A stretch of DNA of 64,000 nucleotides from Klebsormidium nitens (lineage: Eukaryota; Plantae; Klebsormidiophyceae). The stretch lies in contig DF237176.1 in assembly GCA_000708835.1 (NCBI GenBank), positions 70,995-134,994 of the forward strand, given 5' to 3'. The position numbers and the translations under genes are program-made. The notes under the pieces are model-generated. The model saw nothing but the letters and a program-made list of their open reading frames with translations, did not search any database and was not told the DNA's origin. Numbering within the stretch: the first letter of the stretch is position 1; each line of letters starts with the position of its first letter. This document shows, one piece after another, positions 1 through 13,117 of the stretch.

Positions 1-3000
1 TTGCAAATGAAGCTGCAGCCACTCCGCTATCACTATTAGTAAAATGGTGGTCAAAAGCTAAAAGGCGAGGAATGTCTTGAGGACCAAGGAAAGACGGTAG
101 AGAGAGCAACGGTGAAAGAGGGAGACAGTTGGGGTGGTGGCAAGCCCTTCTTTATTAAAGCTACTTGGCTTACCACCACTGTGTGGCATTCAGGCAGGTG
201 ATGGCAGGAGCGTATGGGGAAGCGGAGGTCGTCCCCGTCTCGCCTTCAGGAGAGTATCCCGATGTCGAAGCTGTTGGGAGTCTGGCGAAGGTAAGTAGGT
301 TCGTCACACCGACATGTCGCATGAGGGAATGATGCATGATCGCCTTCGAATGAAGCAGCGGACTGGTCAGACGGGATTCGTTCTTGAAAAGTGATGAGTG
401 AGCTGCCTCTCTGGATCTGGCAGTGCTGCCGTGATCCAGCTGCATGCATGTCAAATGTTGTATCAGCTGACTTTGGTTGCGGTTGTCAATAAAGTTCCTA
501 GCCACTACTGCAGTTCTCCACCGTCAAAATCCCAGGCAATGGCAAATCAGGGACAGAAGTTGCAACTATGCTGGCGCGATTATTTGTATCAGCTAGAATT
601 TTGTCAAGATTCTCTGGTTCAGGTCCTTCCTAACAAGGCAAAGTGAGCTTTTGCAGGCAGCCATAGAGATGCGAGCTGAGCGGGAAGTCCTGGATAAGAA
701 GCACATTGAAGATGGTTAGTTTTCAGTGTGACAACTGATAAGCGGCCGTCGTCAGCTGGCATCCTGCGGTTGCTGACTGATTGTAGAAATGGTCGTTGTC
801 ATGCTGCCTCAATCTCTTGCAATCAGCTCACAAGTCCTCAATCTCCTGCATTCAGGCCACGAAATCTGGTTATGCTTTCAAACGATGCTGCGTCCAGCTC
901 ACTGACTCACAGGGATTGAACGGTTCACATGCTTAAGGACTCAGGTTGCGTCCCAATGTGTAACATGCCGCCATCGAGAAGCAACACCAGATCTTACGAT
1001 GCCAATCACTCAGGACCTTAGTTTTGGACTGAAGCTGCTGATGATATAAGATCGACGACATGCATTCATAAAGCTTTGCCGATGCGCATAATCAAGACTA
1101 TAGGATATTATGCTGCAGGTTCGCTGGACAAGATGAAGGCTGCAGTGGGGGAAGCAGTCCTTAGAAATCCGTATGTGGATGAGCAGTGGTAAGTGATCAG
1201 GGGCATCATGTGAGTGCTTGTCCTTTTTTCGATCTGGTCCTTCATCATCTTTAGTTTGTCCACGGCTCGTTCCAAGGGGTTATATCTCGAGCAAAGCTTG
1301 AACAGTCTTCGAAACGGAATCTCAACGAGGGAGAATGTCTACAGCTGTAGAGATTTAGGGCGGCAGATCCTGCATCAAATCCCTGCAGTGACAATCGTTC
1401 CTCCAATTGTACCACCCCTGTCCATGGACGAAGATATCTGATGCGAGTGCGCCGCTAATCCTTTCCAGCAACAATCTATATCCTGACAAGTTAGGTAATA
1501 TTTGCATAGCCCTTTCGGTTTCAACATTCAATCCCATGTTTTCCTTCCGCAGTCTGCTGAGGTTCCTGCGGGCAGATCTTGGAGACGTCAAGAAAGCGTC
1601 TAAGCGGCTCACGGCTTGTTTGGAATGGAGGGTGAGCTCTTCATTGTCCAGTTGTGTTTTCTAAGTCGTCTTCACTTCACTGACGCCTTTGTTTAATGAA
1701 AAGATCATTCAAAGTTAAGGTTGCACGGTACTACCAACCTGGCAGAAGAACAAAATTCCCAGTCTACTTCAGCATTACAGGTGGCTTGAAGAAGTTCTTA
1801 GAAAACATGAGTTCACATTTAACTTCGATTCTGCTTTCAAAAAAGCTGCTTGCAAGAATGAGTGTATACAACAGCCTGCAAATACTTATAAAAAGCTCAC
1901 TACCTTCTGTCCCTTCCGTCCCTTGTTCACATTTGCCTGTCAACTCAGCGTCTAGCTAGGGAGGATCCGATATGTCACTGCACATCTTCTCTTGACACTT
2001 TACTCTGGTACTTTGGCAGGAGAAACGGAAGCCAGAAATTGCAGTGTGTCCTTCTTGTGCTGCAGACCCTTTAGCACACTACGTTGTAAGTCCTTCTTCC
2101 CAGAAATCTCTTCACATGTAGTTAGATGCACCTTCAGTTAGTCCTTTGGAGAGGCCATATATGCCTGCCTTTTTTGCTAACATAGGTCACTCAGTGTCAA
2201 CTCCTAGCCAGACCCAGATGTCGTGAATTACTGGCAAATCAACACTTCTCTCCAAGAAAGCTTGCTGCCACTTAGGATTGAACGATACAGCAACAGCTTT
2301 GCATAGGAAGCCATAGGGTGGAATTTGCCATTTCTAACCAGGCGGTTAGCTCAGTAGCTAGTGCATATTCCTCATGCTCCGTAAGCAAGCCTGAACCAGA
2401 CGGATAAGCCAATGACTAGACGTGTCATCATCGTTTCAGTCGTGAAGAAACTGATGACGAGGTAAGTATGCAACTTGCGAAACCTCGTTTTCCGTCCGTG
2501 CAGCACTTCGTGGGCTTCGACAAATTTGGGAGGCCAGCACTGTACTCGTGCTTTGGACTTGGGGTAGGTCAACTTTCTTATCACAAGCTTCGGTCGTGAT
2601 GATGTCATCAGCCCTCCATTTCTTCTTAGAGTCTCGTATTTACAGACTCCAACATCTTGATCCTCCCTGCAATGCCAAAATATTAGGTTGGTCAGTGCGA
2701 TTGTTTGGCTGCCCTCTGTACCGTGGTTAGTGTAATTGTTGAATCTGTATGTCGGGCCAATAAACGTTCCTCTGCAAAAACACCCCTGGACCTTAACAGT
2801 TCCGCGGTTGGATAAATGTGATGATTGCCATGTTCTGCGTACATCTGGACTTCACTTGCAGACACCGTACCTAATCGATGATTTTGTGCCGTCCAAAATC
2901 TGAAGTGATGTCTAGCACGCACTCCAGTCCGCGTCGATGCGCCCCGTTTTTGAAACTACAAACGGTTGCGAAACAGTTGCTCTATAAGTCCGTTGCTCAC

Positions 3001-4870
3001 GTCTGTCATTAACAACGTATGAACATCAGTGGAAGTATTCGTGGCCGGTCATTCTCGTCTTTTGACGCCAAACTTCCCAGGTCGCCGTGACACGTTCGTT
3101 GCTCACTTCTGTCAATAACAACGTACGTACATCAATGGAAGTATTCGTGGCCCGTCATTCTCGTCTTTTGACGCCAAACTTCGTCGGTGTCTCTTGCAGA
3201 AGGAGCACATTGTCGAACACAACATCCAACATCTCGTTGTGGTATTGGAGGAAGTCATTGCCAAAATGCCTCCTGGTGTTGAAAAGTGAGCTGGCTTTTC
3301 CTTCATCTCCCGCGATTGCCTTTAGAAAGAATGGCTCGCTTCTAACCGGATGTGAGATTCTGCTTGAACGTGTCTTTTGGCTTTCCAGCTGTGCTTGACA
3401 AGGGACACCGCTTGCTGGACGGCGTTGTTGTCAGCACGGCCTTGTCACTTAGTTGATGACGTGGCATGTCATACCAGAACTCCTTTGGCATCGGCCTTGT
3501 CTGCCTCTGCTAAAATTGGTTTGGCAGTCTTCAACCAGCTGTAAATGCAAAGGGATCACATCTGACGGCTTGCTTTTGAAACGTTATCCGTTTGTTAATA
3601 TCGATTCCTTCACTTACAAGTTCGCTTTCATTCATGTGTTCCCTTACGAAAGGGCTCTCGTTCTGTCCCTCTCGCCTAAGTCCGGCTTTCTGCGGGTTGC
3701 ACGAAATTGAACACCGTGTTCTGGAATCCGGAAGGTGCTGATTCCGCTGGTCCATTCTCTTTGTGACGAGGCAAGCAAGATCCTCGGTCCGTGTCTGTTT
3801 GATTGAGACAGCCCCTCCACAATTACATCCCATCGGTACCTTCTTACTAGAGCTCGAGGCAGTTTTGAAATACTGCGCTGTCTTCCGTGCAGCTACGTTT
3901 GGGTAACGGACTTTCACGGTTTCGGCATGGTGGACTGCAACCCGAAGCTCCCGCTAGCATCGAACGAGGTCTTTGGCAAGTGAGTACGCTCATGCGGCGA
4001 CGAGTCTCCTTCTGAACAGACCGCGAGACTGTGACCCTCCTTTTGGTCATTTCTTGACTCTCTTCTTACGTCCTACGTCCATTGGACTGGCGCTTGGGTT
4101 TTTTTGACAAATTGAAGCCCGAAATTCTAGAGCGGGTTGATACTTGCTCTTCTACAAAGAATTTGTGAACGCCTTGTTCGAATGTCCTGCCGACAGCTAC
4201 GAAGATAGCTTCAACATCAGCCAGTGGTAAGTGCAAGTTGCAAGCCAGTCTCCCGAGAGGATCAGACCACGTCCACTGACCGCCAGCTTTGAAAAAGTCC
4301 TCATAGATTCTCGCTGCCGATTTACTATTTCTTTGTTCTGTGCAGACATTACCCGGAACGAGTGGGCACGTACATATTCGTCGAAGTGAGCATCTCCCTT
4401 AAAATTTGCTCTGATTGTCGCAGAGTTCCAGGCACAGCCCTTAGAAATTATAGTTGGCAGTCTTGTGAAACCTTCTTTGGAGGGGGTTCCCGTTCGTAGC
4501 CTTCCTAGCACGCGTCTATCGGGTGCTAGCTGTCTCCTGGCGGAAAGCGTACAACGAGTAAGGTGCAGGCAACGTTTGAAGGTAGAGGTACTGCTCTGTA
4601 GGGATTGGCATCCCGCCTTGTCACGCAATTTGGACGCATTTGTTCTCGCCAAGAGTCATTTTCTGGCCCCCTGGCGATCGGTTCTGCGCTTCTTTAAACG
4701 GCGGCCGCTTTAGTGCGTCGTTGAGACTCTCCAGAGAAACCCACATGAGGCGGTCGCATCGAAGCGCGTCATATTGTGCAATTTCGCAGGCCTTGAATCT
4801 CGGGTACGCTCTAGAATCGGCTTCGGCCGCGGTATTCGTCGCCCTAGTCCTTCATCACTGGATATAAAGT
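1..4870 (-). mobile_element. Highly decayed Mutator-like (MULE) transposon relic with Ulp1-like protease remnant
   Basis: Minus-strand frames, broken by many stops and shifts, give in order: RLPTIISKGCAW (~4430, like the WRKY/GCM-type finger of MULEs), ILDGTKSSIRYG followed by AEHGNHHIYPTAELL (~2900-2790, like the MULE first-Asp motif), PKSKARVQCW (~2550), and PTYLRQTPNSFDIGIL (~300-255, like Ulp1 PxQxNxxDCG with the Cys lost). No TIR pair is visible; the left end may lie outside the window. Confidence 0.4.
2991..3182. repeat. 86-bp imperfect direct repeat, two copies 106 bp apart
   Basis: cgttgctcac...gacgccaaacttc at 2991-3076 and 3097-3182, differing by only a few substitutions. Confidence 0.9.
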
Positions 4871-5030
4871 TGCACGGATTCGGCCGAACGACCGTTTCTC
4901 CTCATGCATGCCGGGGCGCCGCTGCAGGCCGCCATAACAATCCGTGAGATTCTCGAAGCAGATCTCCAGACAACATGACGTCATGATACGCGTGGGCCTT
5001 GTCTAAGCTCTATCTCGTGCAACTCTGCAG

Positions 5031-6306
5031 GCCCCAAAGATCTTCAGCGGGCTCTGGAAGCAGATTCGGGTCTTTGTCGACAAGCGGACGTACCGGAAAG
5101 CCCAATTTGTCGAAGGCCCGAAGAAGGAGAAGGGCGCGAAGCTGCGCGCGCGGCTGGCCGAGATCTTCGACGAGGAGCTCGTGGACTGGCTCATGGTCGA
5201 GGTAAGTGGACTTTCGTGTCGAACTGCTGCTACGTGCGCACCGTATGTCATTGATGGTTGGCAAAGCAGGGTTTGTTTCAACTAACGAGACTTCGGAGGG
5301 GCTCATTGGCTTGCTGTTTGGGTTCACTAGAATGCGGTGTATCCTGGACAAAGCGGGTGCCTTGAGGTGGCCAACTACCTTTGAAAAAACTCAAAGACCT
5401 GCGCATCGTTAAAGTGGGCGTTCTGTTCCGCGGAACGCCGGACGTCCAAGGTTAGCGGCAGGGGGTCTCACGCAAATTTGAGTGAGAATCGCGAACGTCA
5501 AGTACCGGGTTTCGTGCCGGTAACCAGCGCAGCGACGGCCGAAGTCCTGGCTCAGTTTCAACTTTATCGAATCAGTCGCCGTGACATGACGTCAGTGCTG
5601 ACATTTTGAAACGCTCACTTTAACGCGAGCCCCTTGGCCACCACGGTAAGCTCTTGGAGGGGGCCAAAATCGATTGGCAGAAATCGTCATCACGACCCTC
5701 GGCAGTGCGCTCAGACCCTTCGCAGATGTTGAATGAGAATGGTGCGCTCGTTGTCGGACGCTTCAGATTGCTGCCGGTCAGAATCTGATTTGGGACTAGG
5801 TATTCCACTGTTCGGCTGCCCAAGTGCGCCGTGAAGCGTGGGTTGCGCACGGCTCGTTTCTTGGTAGTACATTGCAAGGCGACTTTAAGAAGCGTTTGTG
5901 CTCCTTAGAGAACTTGATTGCAGCCAAAATCAGATCCCGAAGTTGAACGTTCGCAATCAAGCGTCGGGAATTGGGAGCATCAGGCCCGGAGAAAGAAATG
6001 CTAAAACCGGGCTTTAGTTTTCGGTTTGCTGCCGCCGTTCTGAGTGGAACGACTATGCGTTGCCTGCTGTTGGTAAAGCTCCGTGCGCTTTGCGACGTCG
6101 CTGACCTTGTCTGCTGTGCATTGCAGATGGTAGAAAACCGGGATAAAAAGAAGGCGAAGGAGAAGCATAATCCGGAGCTTTACTCGTACACTGCTGAAAG
6201 CTTAGAACGCGCCTTAGCGAGCAATGTCCACGATCCGAGGGGCCCAAGGTCACACTTGCAGCGGTTGCTCGAGAGTGCACAGGGGAAGGGCTTAACAAGG
6301 ACGTAA
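5031..6306 (+). CDS. CRAL-TRIO (Sec14-like) lipid-binding protein, last two exons (5' part outside window)
   Basis: Exons 5031-5201 (ctgcag| ... |gtaagt, 57 codons) and 6127-6306 join in phase 0 to give APKIFSGLWKQIRVFVDKRTYRKAQFV...LAEIFDEELVDWLMVEMVENRDKK..., a typical CRAL-TRIO C-terminus. No upstream exon was found in 1-5030. Confidence 0.8.
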
Positions 6307-7049
6307 ACGAATGTAGATAGTCAGTTATGAGATAAACGATGCGAAGTCGGCTCTGCATTTTGCTTCCGGTTCTTAATCAGGTTCGAGGAGCCATGCATGC
6401 AATCTCAAGTGTCATGTCCAAGTGGAGAGCGCGCGCACGAATGGAGCCCGCTGCGCACGCGCGCGCGCTCAGGGCTAGTTCTTCTGCTGTTTGCTTGCAG
6501 TCCTTCACAATTGATTGGCTGCATATGTATGTACTTGCAGTGGACTTTCGCAAATGACGCATCATAGCAAACCGAGCAATCCACAGCGCAGTGCGTGGTC
6601 CAACGCATGGGATAATCATTGTTCCCCGCGGCGCATGACCCAATATTTGTGCGGAATGCAGGCTGAGGCAGACTCGGACTCGGAGCTATACTAAGCTACC
6701 CAAGCAATGGATTGCATCTGATTAAACCGAGTCACTGCATGCTTTATCGCTAATTAGTCAATTAGACGCTTGGCTGTACATCATTGACCTGCCAGTGTAG
6801 GCAGTTGGCAAGTGCAGCGCAACGCCACTCAGTCAGATGTCTGCCCGCTGCCACTGGAGATGTCGCAGGTCTGGAGACAACTCGGACAGAAGAACGTTTG
6901 AGATGTAATCATGTTGAATTTTGTGGAGCTTCGTTGGAACTTCATGAACGTTGATGAATTATGGATCGGACGGTACCAAACCCGTATGATGTTCGTCTGG
7001 ACATTGGACTCTGGAGTCTGGACAGTGGAAGTGTATCCGCAATCTGCCT

Positions 7050-7058
7050 GCCACGTGG
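7050..7058. promoter_or_regulatory. G-box/ABRE-like element (GCCACGTGG) upstream of paralogue 1
   Basis: TGCCACGTGGAAGTCGCC about 580 bp before the ATG, retained in both duplicated promoters. Confidence 0.45.
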
Positions 7059-7631
7059 AAGTCGCCTGGTGCGCGCACAGTGTGCGCTGCACTCTTGCAC
7101 TGGCAGAGGGAACCCCCAACTTTGCCCCCATGTGCAGTGTGCACAGCTTCTGTCGACACATTCTGGCCATATCCGAGCAAGATCAGCTTGATGCAGTCCT
7201 TCCAGCCAGCTGGCAGATGTCAGCTCATATTCCCTCTCTTCGTGGCTAAAGTTTCCCAAATTTCAGAAGCAAAGCAGGAATCAGGATAGACGAGCAGTCC
7301 GCGAATCCTAGCACTACCGAAGACATTCCCCTTCCTCAAGAGTGGGCGGAGCTTCAAGCTGCATCAATCCACCATTTGAACCATTGAAGCACCCGACGCG
7401 CTCCTTGACGTATCAGACGGCGGTCTTTAATTTTAAAACGGCCGAGTTTGTGCTTTTTGACTGCACACAATTTCTAGCTTACCAGTCAACCTTAACCCAT
7501 TGCCATTCTCACTCCACCTTCGCAACTTTCAGTGAGCTGACCTCCCTTTCTGTGCCTCTGACTTTATCAGGCCTGATCGCCACTGCTCATCTTTTGCTTC
7601 TACCTCCATACAATTTCCGCCACATCTTTTA

Positions 7632-9465
7632 ATGGCGCAACCTTCCCACTCCGAGATCCCAATCGCTAGCGCCGCCCCCCCTCCGGCGGCATACGGTGAG
7701 AACTACAAGCAGGAGAAGCAGTATACGGAATATGCAACGCCTCCGTATGGCCAACAGTACCCCCCCCAAGCGGTGCCGATTGCGCAAGGGCAGCCAGCAT
7801 ATTATGCACCTCAAGGGCAGGGTTATTATCCCGGTCAATCAATGCCTGGTGGAGGCGCATACCCCCCGCAACAGCCGAGCGCTTTCCATGTGGTTCAGGT
7901 AAAGTGACGATGCTCGTTACATGCAAAACCCTCATCAGATGCTTCAAAACCGCAAATTAGAGGTACCCCCATCCCCTTGAACGGAAACGGGCTGACAAAA
8001 AGTCTTCTATGAAGGTTTTCAGAAGGCGTTACATGTGAGCGCAATTGCATCGCCCTGCTTCGCTGTGAGTGCATGCACCAGAAGTGAATGGGTACACAGG
8101 GTTGGGCAGTCCCCTTCAGCCGCTGAAAAGTAGTTAGAATACAGGGGGTGTATCCACGCCCATAATGTCAACATTGCTCTCCTGATTGTACTTTGAAGTC
8201 TATTCCTTTAAGCTGGCAGTGCTGCTTCAATTGTTGTCCACTTTAGGTTATCTTTAACAGTAGCTATAGTACACTTAAATTATGAAAGAAACGAAGCTAA
8301 CATAAAAGAGGCTAATGGCAAACCTCTTCCCGCTCCGTAGCTGTGCAAATCTAAACCCCCTTATCAACCCCAACCTTTCCCAGTATTGTAACATGAGTAT
8401 ATTATGAGTGAGCTCGAGGCAACTCAAGTTACTCAGGAGAGGGGTCATTTTGTCCATTGACTTATGTCGAGAAAGGGCGATCGGTACAAAGTGGTAAATG
8501 TCATAACTTGCTGCGTCTACAGCGCAACAAATCTTTAGCAACGAAGGAGCCTTCATTTTTGACACATCTGCTTGTAAGTTTGACCCGCTTTCAGTACGTA
8601 CATTGCACTCCTTATGTCCACATAACCAGAAGCCGAGCTGACTTCCAGCAAGCCCGCCACTCCCTTGAAACCAATTATCTCGAGAAGAGGCTGCATTTCA
8701 TGGGCGCTCAAGAGGGATCCCCGATGCACTCAAAAGCCCCCCTGTTACTTGCAAGGAAACTGTTTTTTATGTGCTCTAAAAGCCGTCGTTCCAGAGTTGA
8801 CCATTTAACATTCCCAAGCCCGACTCTCGTCTGCAGGTAGTCCTGATAAACCGTTTGAGAGCGACGAATTGAGGAAATGCAAATGTCGATTTTAAAGTTC
8901 AGAGGCCTTTTGGCAGGGTAGCAAGCTTTTCCTTGCTCTGCCGGTGGAAGCAGTTCTGCTTGACTGTCTTCATATCACGGATGATCTCTTGTGAAGAAAA
9001 GAGAGTAGTGCAGCTCGCACCAACCTTTTTCATCTGATTCTTTTCAAGTCTGAACAGGGTGGATCAAGACCTGTGATCTTCACGCAGGCAGGGAAACCGG
9101 GCCCGTTTTCTCCTCCACAAACCTGACAGGTCCCCCAGAACTTCCGACAAGCCATCCAGTAACTAGAACGGGAACTTTCTCTGAACCCACGCTGTTGCTC
9201 CTTGCAGGTGCCGCCGCACCAGCCGTCTCGCAACCAGCACTGCTGCGCAACCCCTGACTGGATCTTCTTCATTCTTGGATGGATATTTGGTATTTTCTGG
9301 CCTATCGGGGCCCTGCTTCCGCTTTGCCGCACACCCAAGTTTGCAAACCCCACAGTCAAGGCGGGCTGGGTTGCCAATTGCATCGGGACGGTTCTCCTCA
9401 TCGCTGCGATCATAGTTATCATCGTCGCAAGGCCCAAGTCGGATGATCCTTATTACAGGTACTGA
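7632..9465 (+). CDS. Pro/Gln/Tyr-rich, Cys-motif multi-pass membrane protein, paralogue 1 (174 aa; resembles the plant 'L18a-like' membrane family)
   Basis: Exon 1 7632-7898 (MAQPSHSEIP...FHVVQ|gtaaag) and exon 2 9208-9465 (VPPHQ...HCCATPDWIFFILGWIFGIFWPIGALLPLCRTPKF...), phase 0, with 2-3 hydrophobic segments. Confidence 0.85.
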
Positions 9466-10519
9466 CCACGGTTAAGAGGAACCCGCTGTTTACCTAGTCC
9501 GGTTAAGCGGCGATTGATGGTGGAAAGTGGTCAGAGACGTAGTCCGGATGCTTCATTGTTCTGAAGTAATGACGAGGAGACGCAAAGCTTTGCTGCTATT
9601 CGGGAGAGTAGTGGTCAGAGTGTTGAGAGAGTGTCCGGGGGCCAATCAGTGCTTGAAGCTGTCGGGTGCTGCCTTTGATAAGCTTTTATTCCAGCGTGGC
9701 GATTGCCTGTTGGCGCTTCCGTCAGTCGCTCGATCAGACCGGCGACTTGTATATTGGATTGATTAGATCGTACTTCACAGCCAGGTAGTCCACGTAGCTA
9801 GCGACGTCAACTGCATGGACGTAATGTCCAGCCAAGAATCGTTTCCTTACGATCCGGCCTAGGTTTACAAAACCCATGTAAGGAATAGTCGCTTGTATAG
9901 GTGTCGTTGGAGAAGAGTCGGCGAAGATGCAATCGACGCGCATCTTAAGCATGCCAATAGATTGTTGGATAGCACATCTTCTAAACCACGTATCGATTGC
10001 TGGAGCTCACTTGTAAGCTGTCGGAAGCGCCGCCATCAGGCGTTTACAATGAACGCAATCCTGCAAACAAACCATTGAGCAGTGCATTGTCCAACGCATG
10101 GCATGATCATTGTTCCCGCGCGGCGCATGACCCAATATCTGGGCGCATTGCAGGCTGCATGAGGCAGCTTTAGTAGTTTAAAATTGCGTTCTGAAAGGAA
10201 GTGCGTTAGTCAGTTAGACGCATGGCATACATCATTGATCTGTAACTTGTATTAAGTATTCAATACTAATACAAGTTCGATCGAGGCAAAATGATTTTGC
10301 CTCGATCGCGAACTTGGCCGACTGGACTCTGGAGACTCTAGCTCTAAGTTGACTCTGGAGTGTGAACAGCGCCGTCAACGAACTTTTCGGTATGTCTCCT
10401 ATAGGAGCTTCAAGGACGTCGATAAGATGGATCGAAGTCATCGGACGGTTCACAAACCTGTATAAACAGTACAACATCGACGTTTCTCCGTACAGTGAAA
10501 ACAAACTCGCGGAAGGCTT

Positions 10520-10528
10520 GCCACGTGG
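10520..10528. promoter_or_regulatory. G-box/ABRE-like element upstream of paralogue 2
   Basis: TGCCACGTGGAAGTCGCC about 590 bp before ATG 11111, the counterpart of 7050. Confidence 0.45.
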
Positions 10529-11110
10529 AAGTCGCCCGGTGCGCGCACGATATGCGCTGCACTCATGCAGCTAGTAGTAGAGGGAACCCCATCATGCGCA
10601 CAGCTTCTGTCGACACCATCGGCCGTATCCGGATCCCTGGGCCGAGGCTTAAAAGTTAAGATTCAACCAGCTTCCAGCCAGCTGCAGCAGATGTTACCTA
10701 GCTCATAATTTCTTCTCTTCACAGAATTTCTCAAGTCGAATCTTGAACATAAGAATCAGAATTGACCGGTCTTTAGCGCTACCAAAGACGTAGGCTTTCG
10801 ACCTCCTGAGGAGTGGGGCGGAGCAACAAGCTGCATCATCCACCATTCAAAGAAGGCACGCGCTGCGCTCCACTTGCAGCATCAGAAGGCGGTCCTCCAA
10901 AGGCGGCCCAATTCACGCTCATCAGGTGTGTACTGAGCTCCTTTACCCATTGCCATCCGGCCCACTCCACCTTCGCACCTTCTAGTGAGCTGACCTCCCT
11001 TTCTACACAGCTGTGCCCCTGACTGTAACACGGCCAGCACACGCTGCGCATCTTCTGCTTTTACCTCTTAGGTACATTATTCGCGCAACAACTTTCGGTT
11101 TTCCAAATTA

Positions 11111-13117
11111 ATGGCGCAACCCCCCCACTCCGAGATCCCTGTCGCGAGCGCCGCCCCGCCCCCGGCTGCATTCGGTGAGATCAACAAGCAGGAGAAGCAG
11201 GATACGCAGCACACAACTCCGCTGTTTGGCCAAAAGTACACCCCCGAGGGGGTGCCAATTGACCAGGAGAAGCAGAATAAGCAATACACAACTCCGCCAA
11301 CGTTTGGCCAAAAGTACACCCCCGAGGGGGTGCCGATTGCCCAGGAGAAGCAGCATACGCAATACACAACTCCGCCGACGTTTGGCAAACAGTACACCCC
11401 CGAGGGGGTGCCGATTGCACAAGGGCAGCCGGCATATTATGCACGTCAGGGGATCCCTGGTGTTCGCGCTTTCCATGTGGTGAAGGTGAGCTGACGATGC
11501 GCACCACATGTTGAAACCTCATGAGACGCATCAAAAACTGCAGGTATTTCCATCTCTTTTGATAAGAATGCACTTACAAGAAGTCGAGATGGAGCTACTT
11601 GGGAGGCATTATGCAAGCGCGAGTGCATCGCTGTCTATGCAGCTTTGAGAACTCTTACTTTACTATGAGTGGATGCACAAGAAGTGGGTTATTCACAAGA
11701 TTGGCCACTCCCCTTCAGCTTCTGAAAGTACTCTGATACACTGGATTCTTTTCACGCCCGGTATGTTGACATTGCTGTCCTGATTTAACTTCAAACCAAC
11801 GTCACATGAGTGGCAAGCGAAGGGCTGCTTCACCTTTCTCTGCTTCTGCTAAGGTTATATGAATATACAGAATCCCTATAGTAAGCTCAATTTAAAATCA
11901 CAACAAAGCCAACACTAGAAACTTAAACCCAAACCTCTTTCCATTCCGTACGCGTGCCCACTCTAGAACCCTACTAAAACCACCCTCCCGGTTTCATAAC
12001 TTGAGCTGATTGTGAGCGATCTGGAGACAACTGAAATCACTTAGCCGGAGGGCTCCAAGCATTATATGATAGGGGGTCATTTGTCTATAAGACTCATGTC
12101 GAGAAAGGGCAATCAGTCTGGAAATACAGAAGATTGGTGTGTCTACATGGTGACAGATTGGAAAGGATGGGATGAAGGTTTTTGAATCATTCTTTATTGC
12201 GCGGCTCTTCAGCGCATATTTGCACTCCTTCTTGTCCACAATCCCAAAAGCTGACCTGATATTGGCAAACCCGCACCCCCTAATATAACCAGCTGCGTGG
12301 AGAAGAGGCTGATATCATGTATCCTCGAGAGGGATCCCCCTGGTTACTTGTTGGTAATCAAACCGATTGTTGTCTCAGGTGCTCGTTAACAGACAGGGTT
12401 GACTCTTTACCAATGTCAGGCCCGATTCTTGTCCTCAAGCACTGAGAGAGGATCCTAAGAATGACGGGTCAAAGGATATCCGGAGGTCGAATTCAAAGAC
12501 CAGAGCCCCTTGACAGGAGAACATGCCGTTCCTCGTTCATCCATAAGACGCGCATCTGCTTGACTGCAGTCTGTATCACGTTCATTTTTAACAAAAGGAG
12601 AAAGCAGGGCAACTGAAATCGTTTTAGTGAACCCCATTTTACTCAGTCCCGTTTCAATCAGTCTCCTAGACTGAAAAGGGCCGATCAAACCCTGCGATGA
12701 TTCTCTCATGTAGACAACATTCTGCCCGGTTCTTTCCCACAGTTGCGCTCAAAGCCACAAGCCTTCCAGTACTTCGACATACCTAACAAAAAGTAAAACA
12801 GGAATGCAGTACAGAAACAAGAGCGGGAAACTTTTTTGAACCCACGTTGTTGCTCTTTGCAGCAACCGCACCGGCAGTCTCGCAACCAGGACTGCTGCGC
12901 AACCCCTGACTGGATCCTCTTCGGCCTTGGCTGGATTTTTGGGATCTTCTGGCCTATCGGGGCGCTGCTTCCGCTGTGCCGCACACCCAAGTTTGCAAAC
13001 CCGACCGTCAAGGGGGGGTGGTTTGCCAATTGCGTTGGGACGGTTATCTTCATCGTTGTGGTTATAGTCATCGTGACCGCACGACGCAAGTCGGATGATT
13101 CCTATCACAGGAACTGA
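11111..13117 (+). CDS. Pro/Gln/Tyr-rich Cys-motif membrane protein, paralogue 2 (209 aa)
   Basis: Exon 1 11111-11485 (|gtgagc) and exon 2 12863-13117 (QPHRQSRNQDCCATPDW...LPLCRTPKF), phase 0. Confidence 0.85.
11189..11419 (+). repeat. Three in-frame coding repeats of 75-78 bp (QEKQxxQYTTPPTFGQKYTPEGVPIA)
   Basis: Units start at 11189, 11264 and 11342; paralogue 1 has a single unit. Confidence 0.9.

Noticed and set aside
5003-5351. Minus-strand ORFs that look retroelement-like (EPVHELLVEDLG...)
   Set aside because: They are antisense to a CRAL-TRIO exon with clean splice sites.
11189-11419. CRISPR-like array
   Set aside because: The repeats are contiguous and coding with no unique spacers, and the context is eukaryotic with no cas genes.
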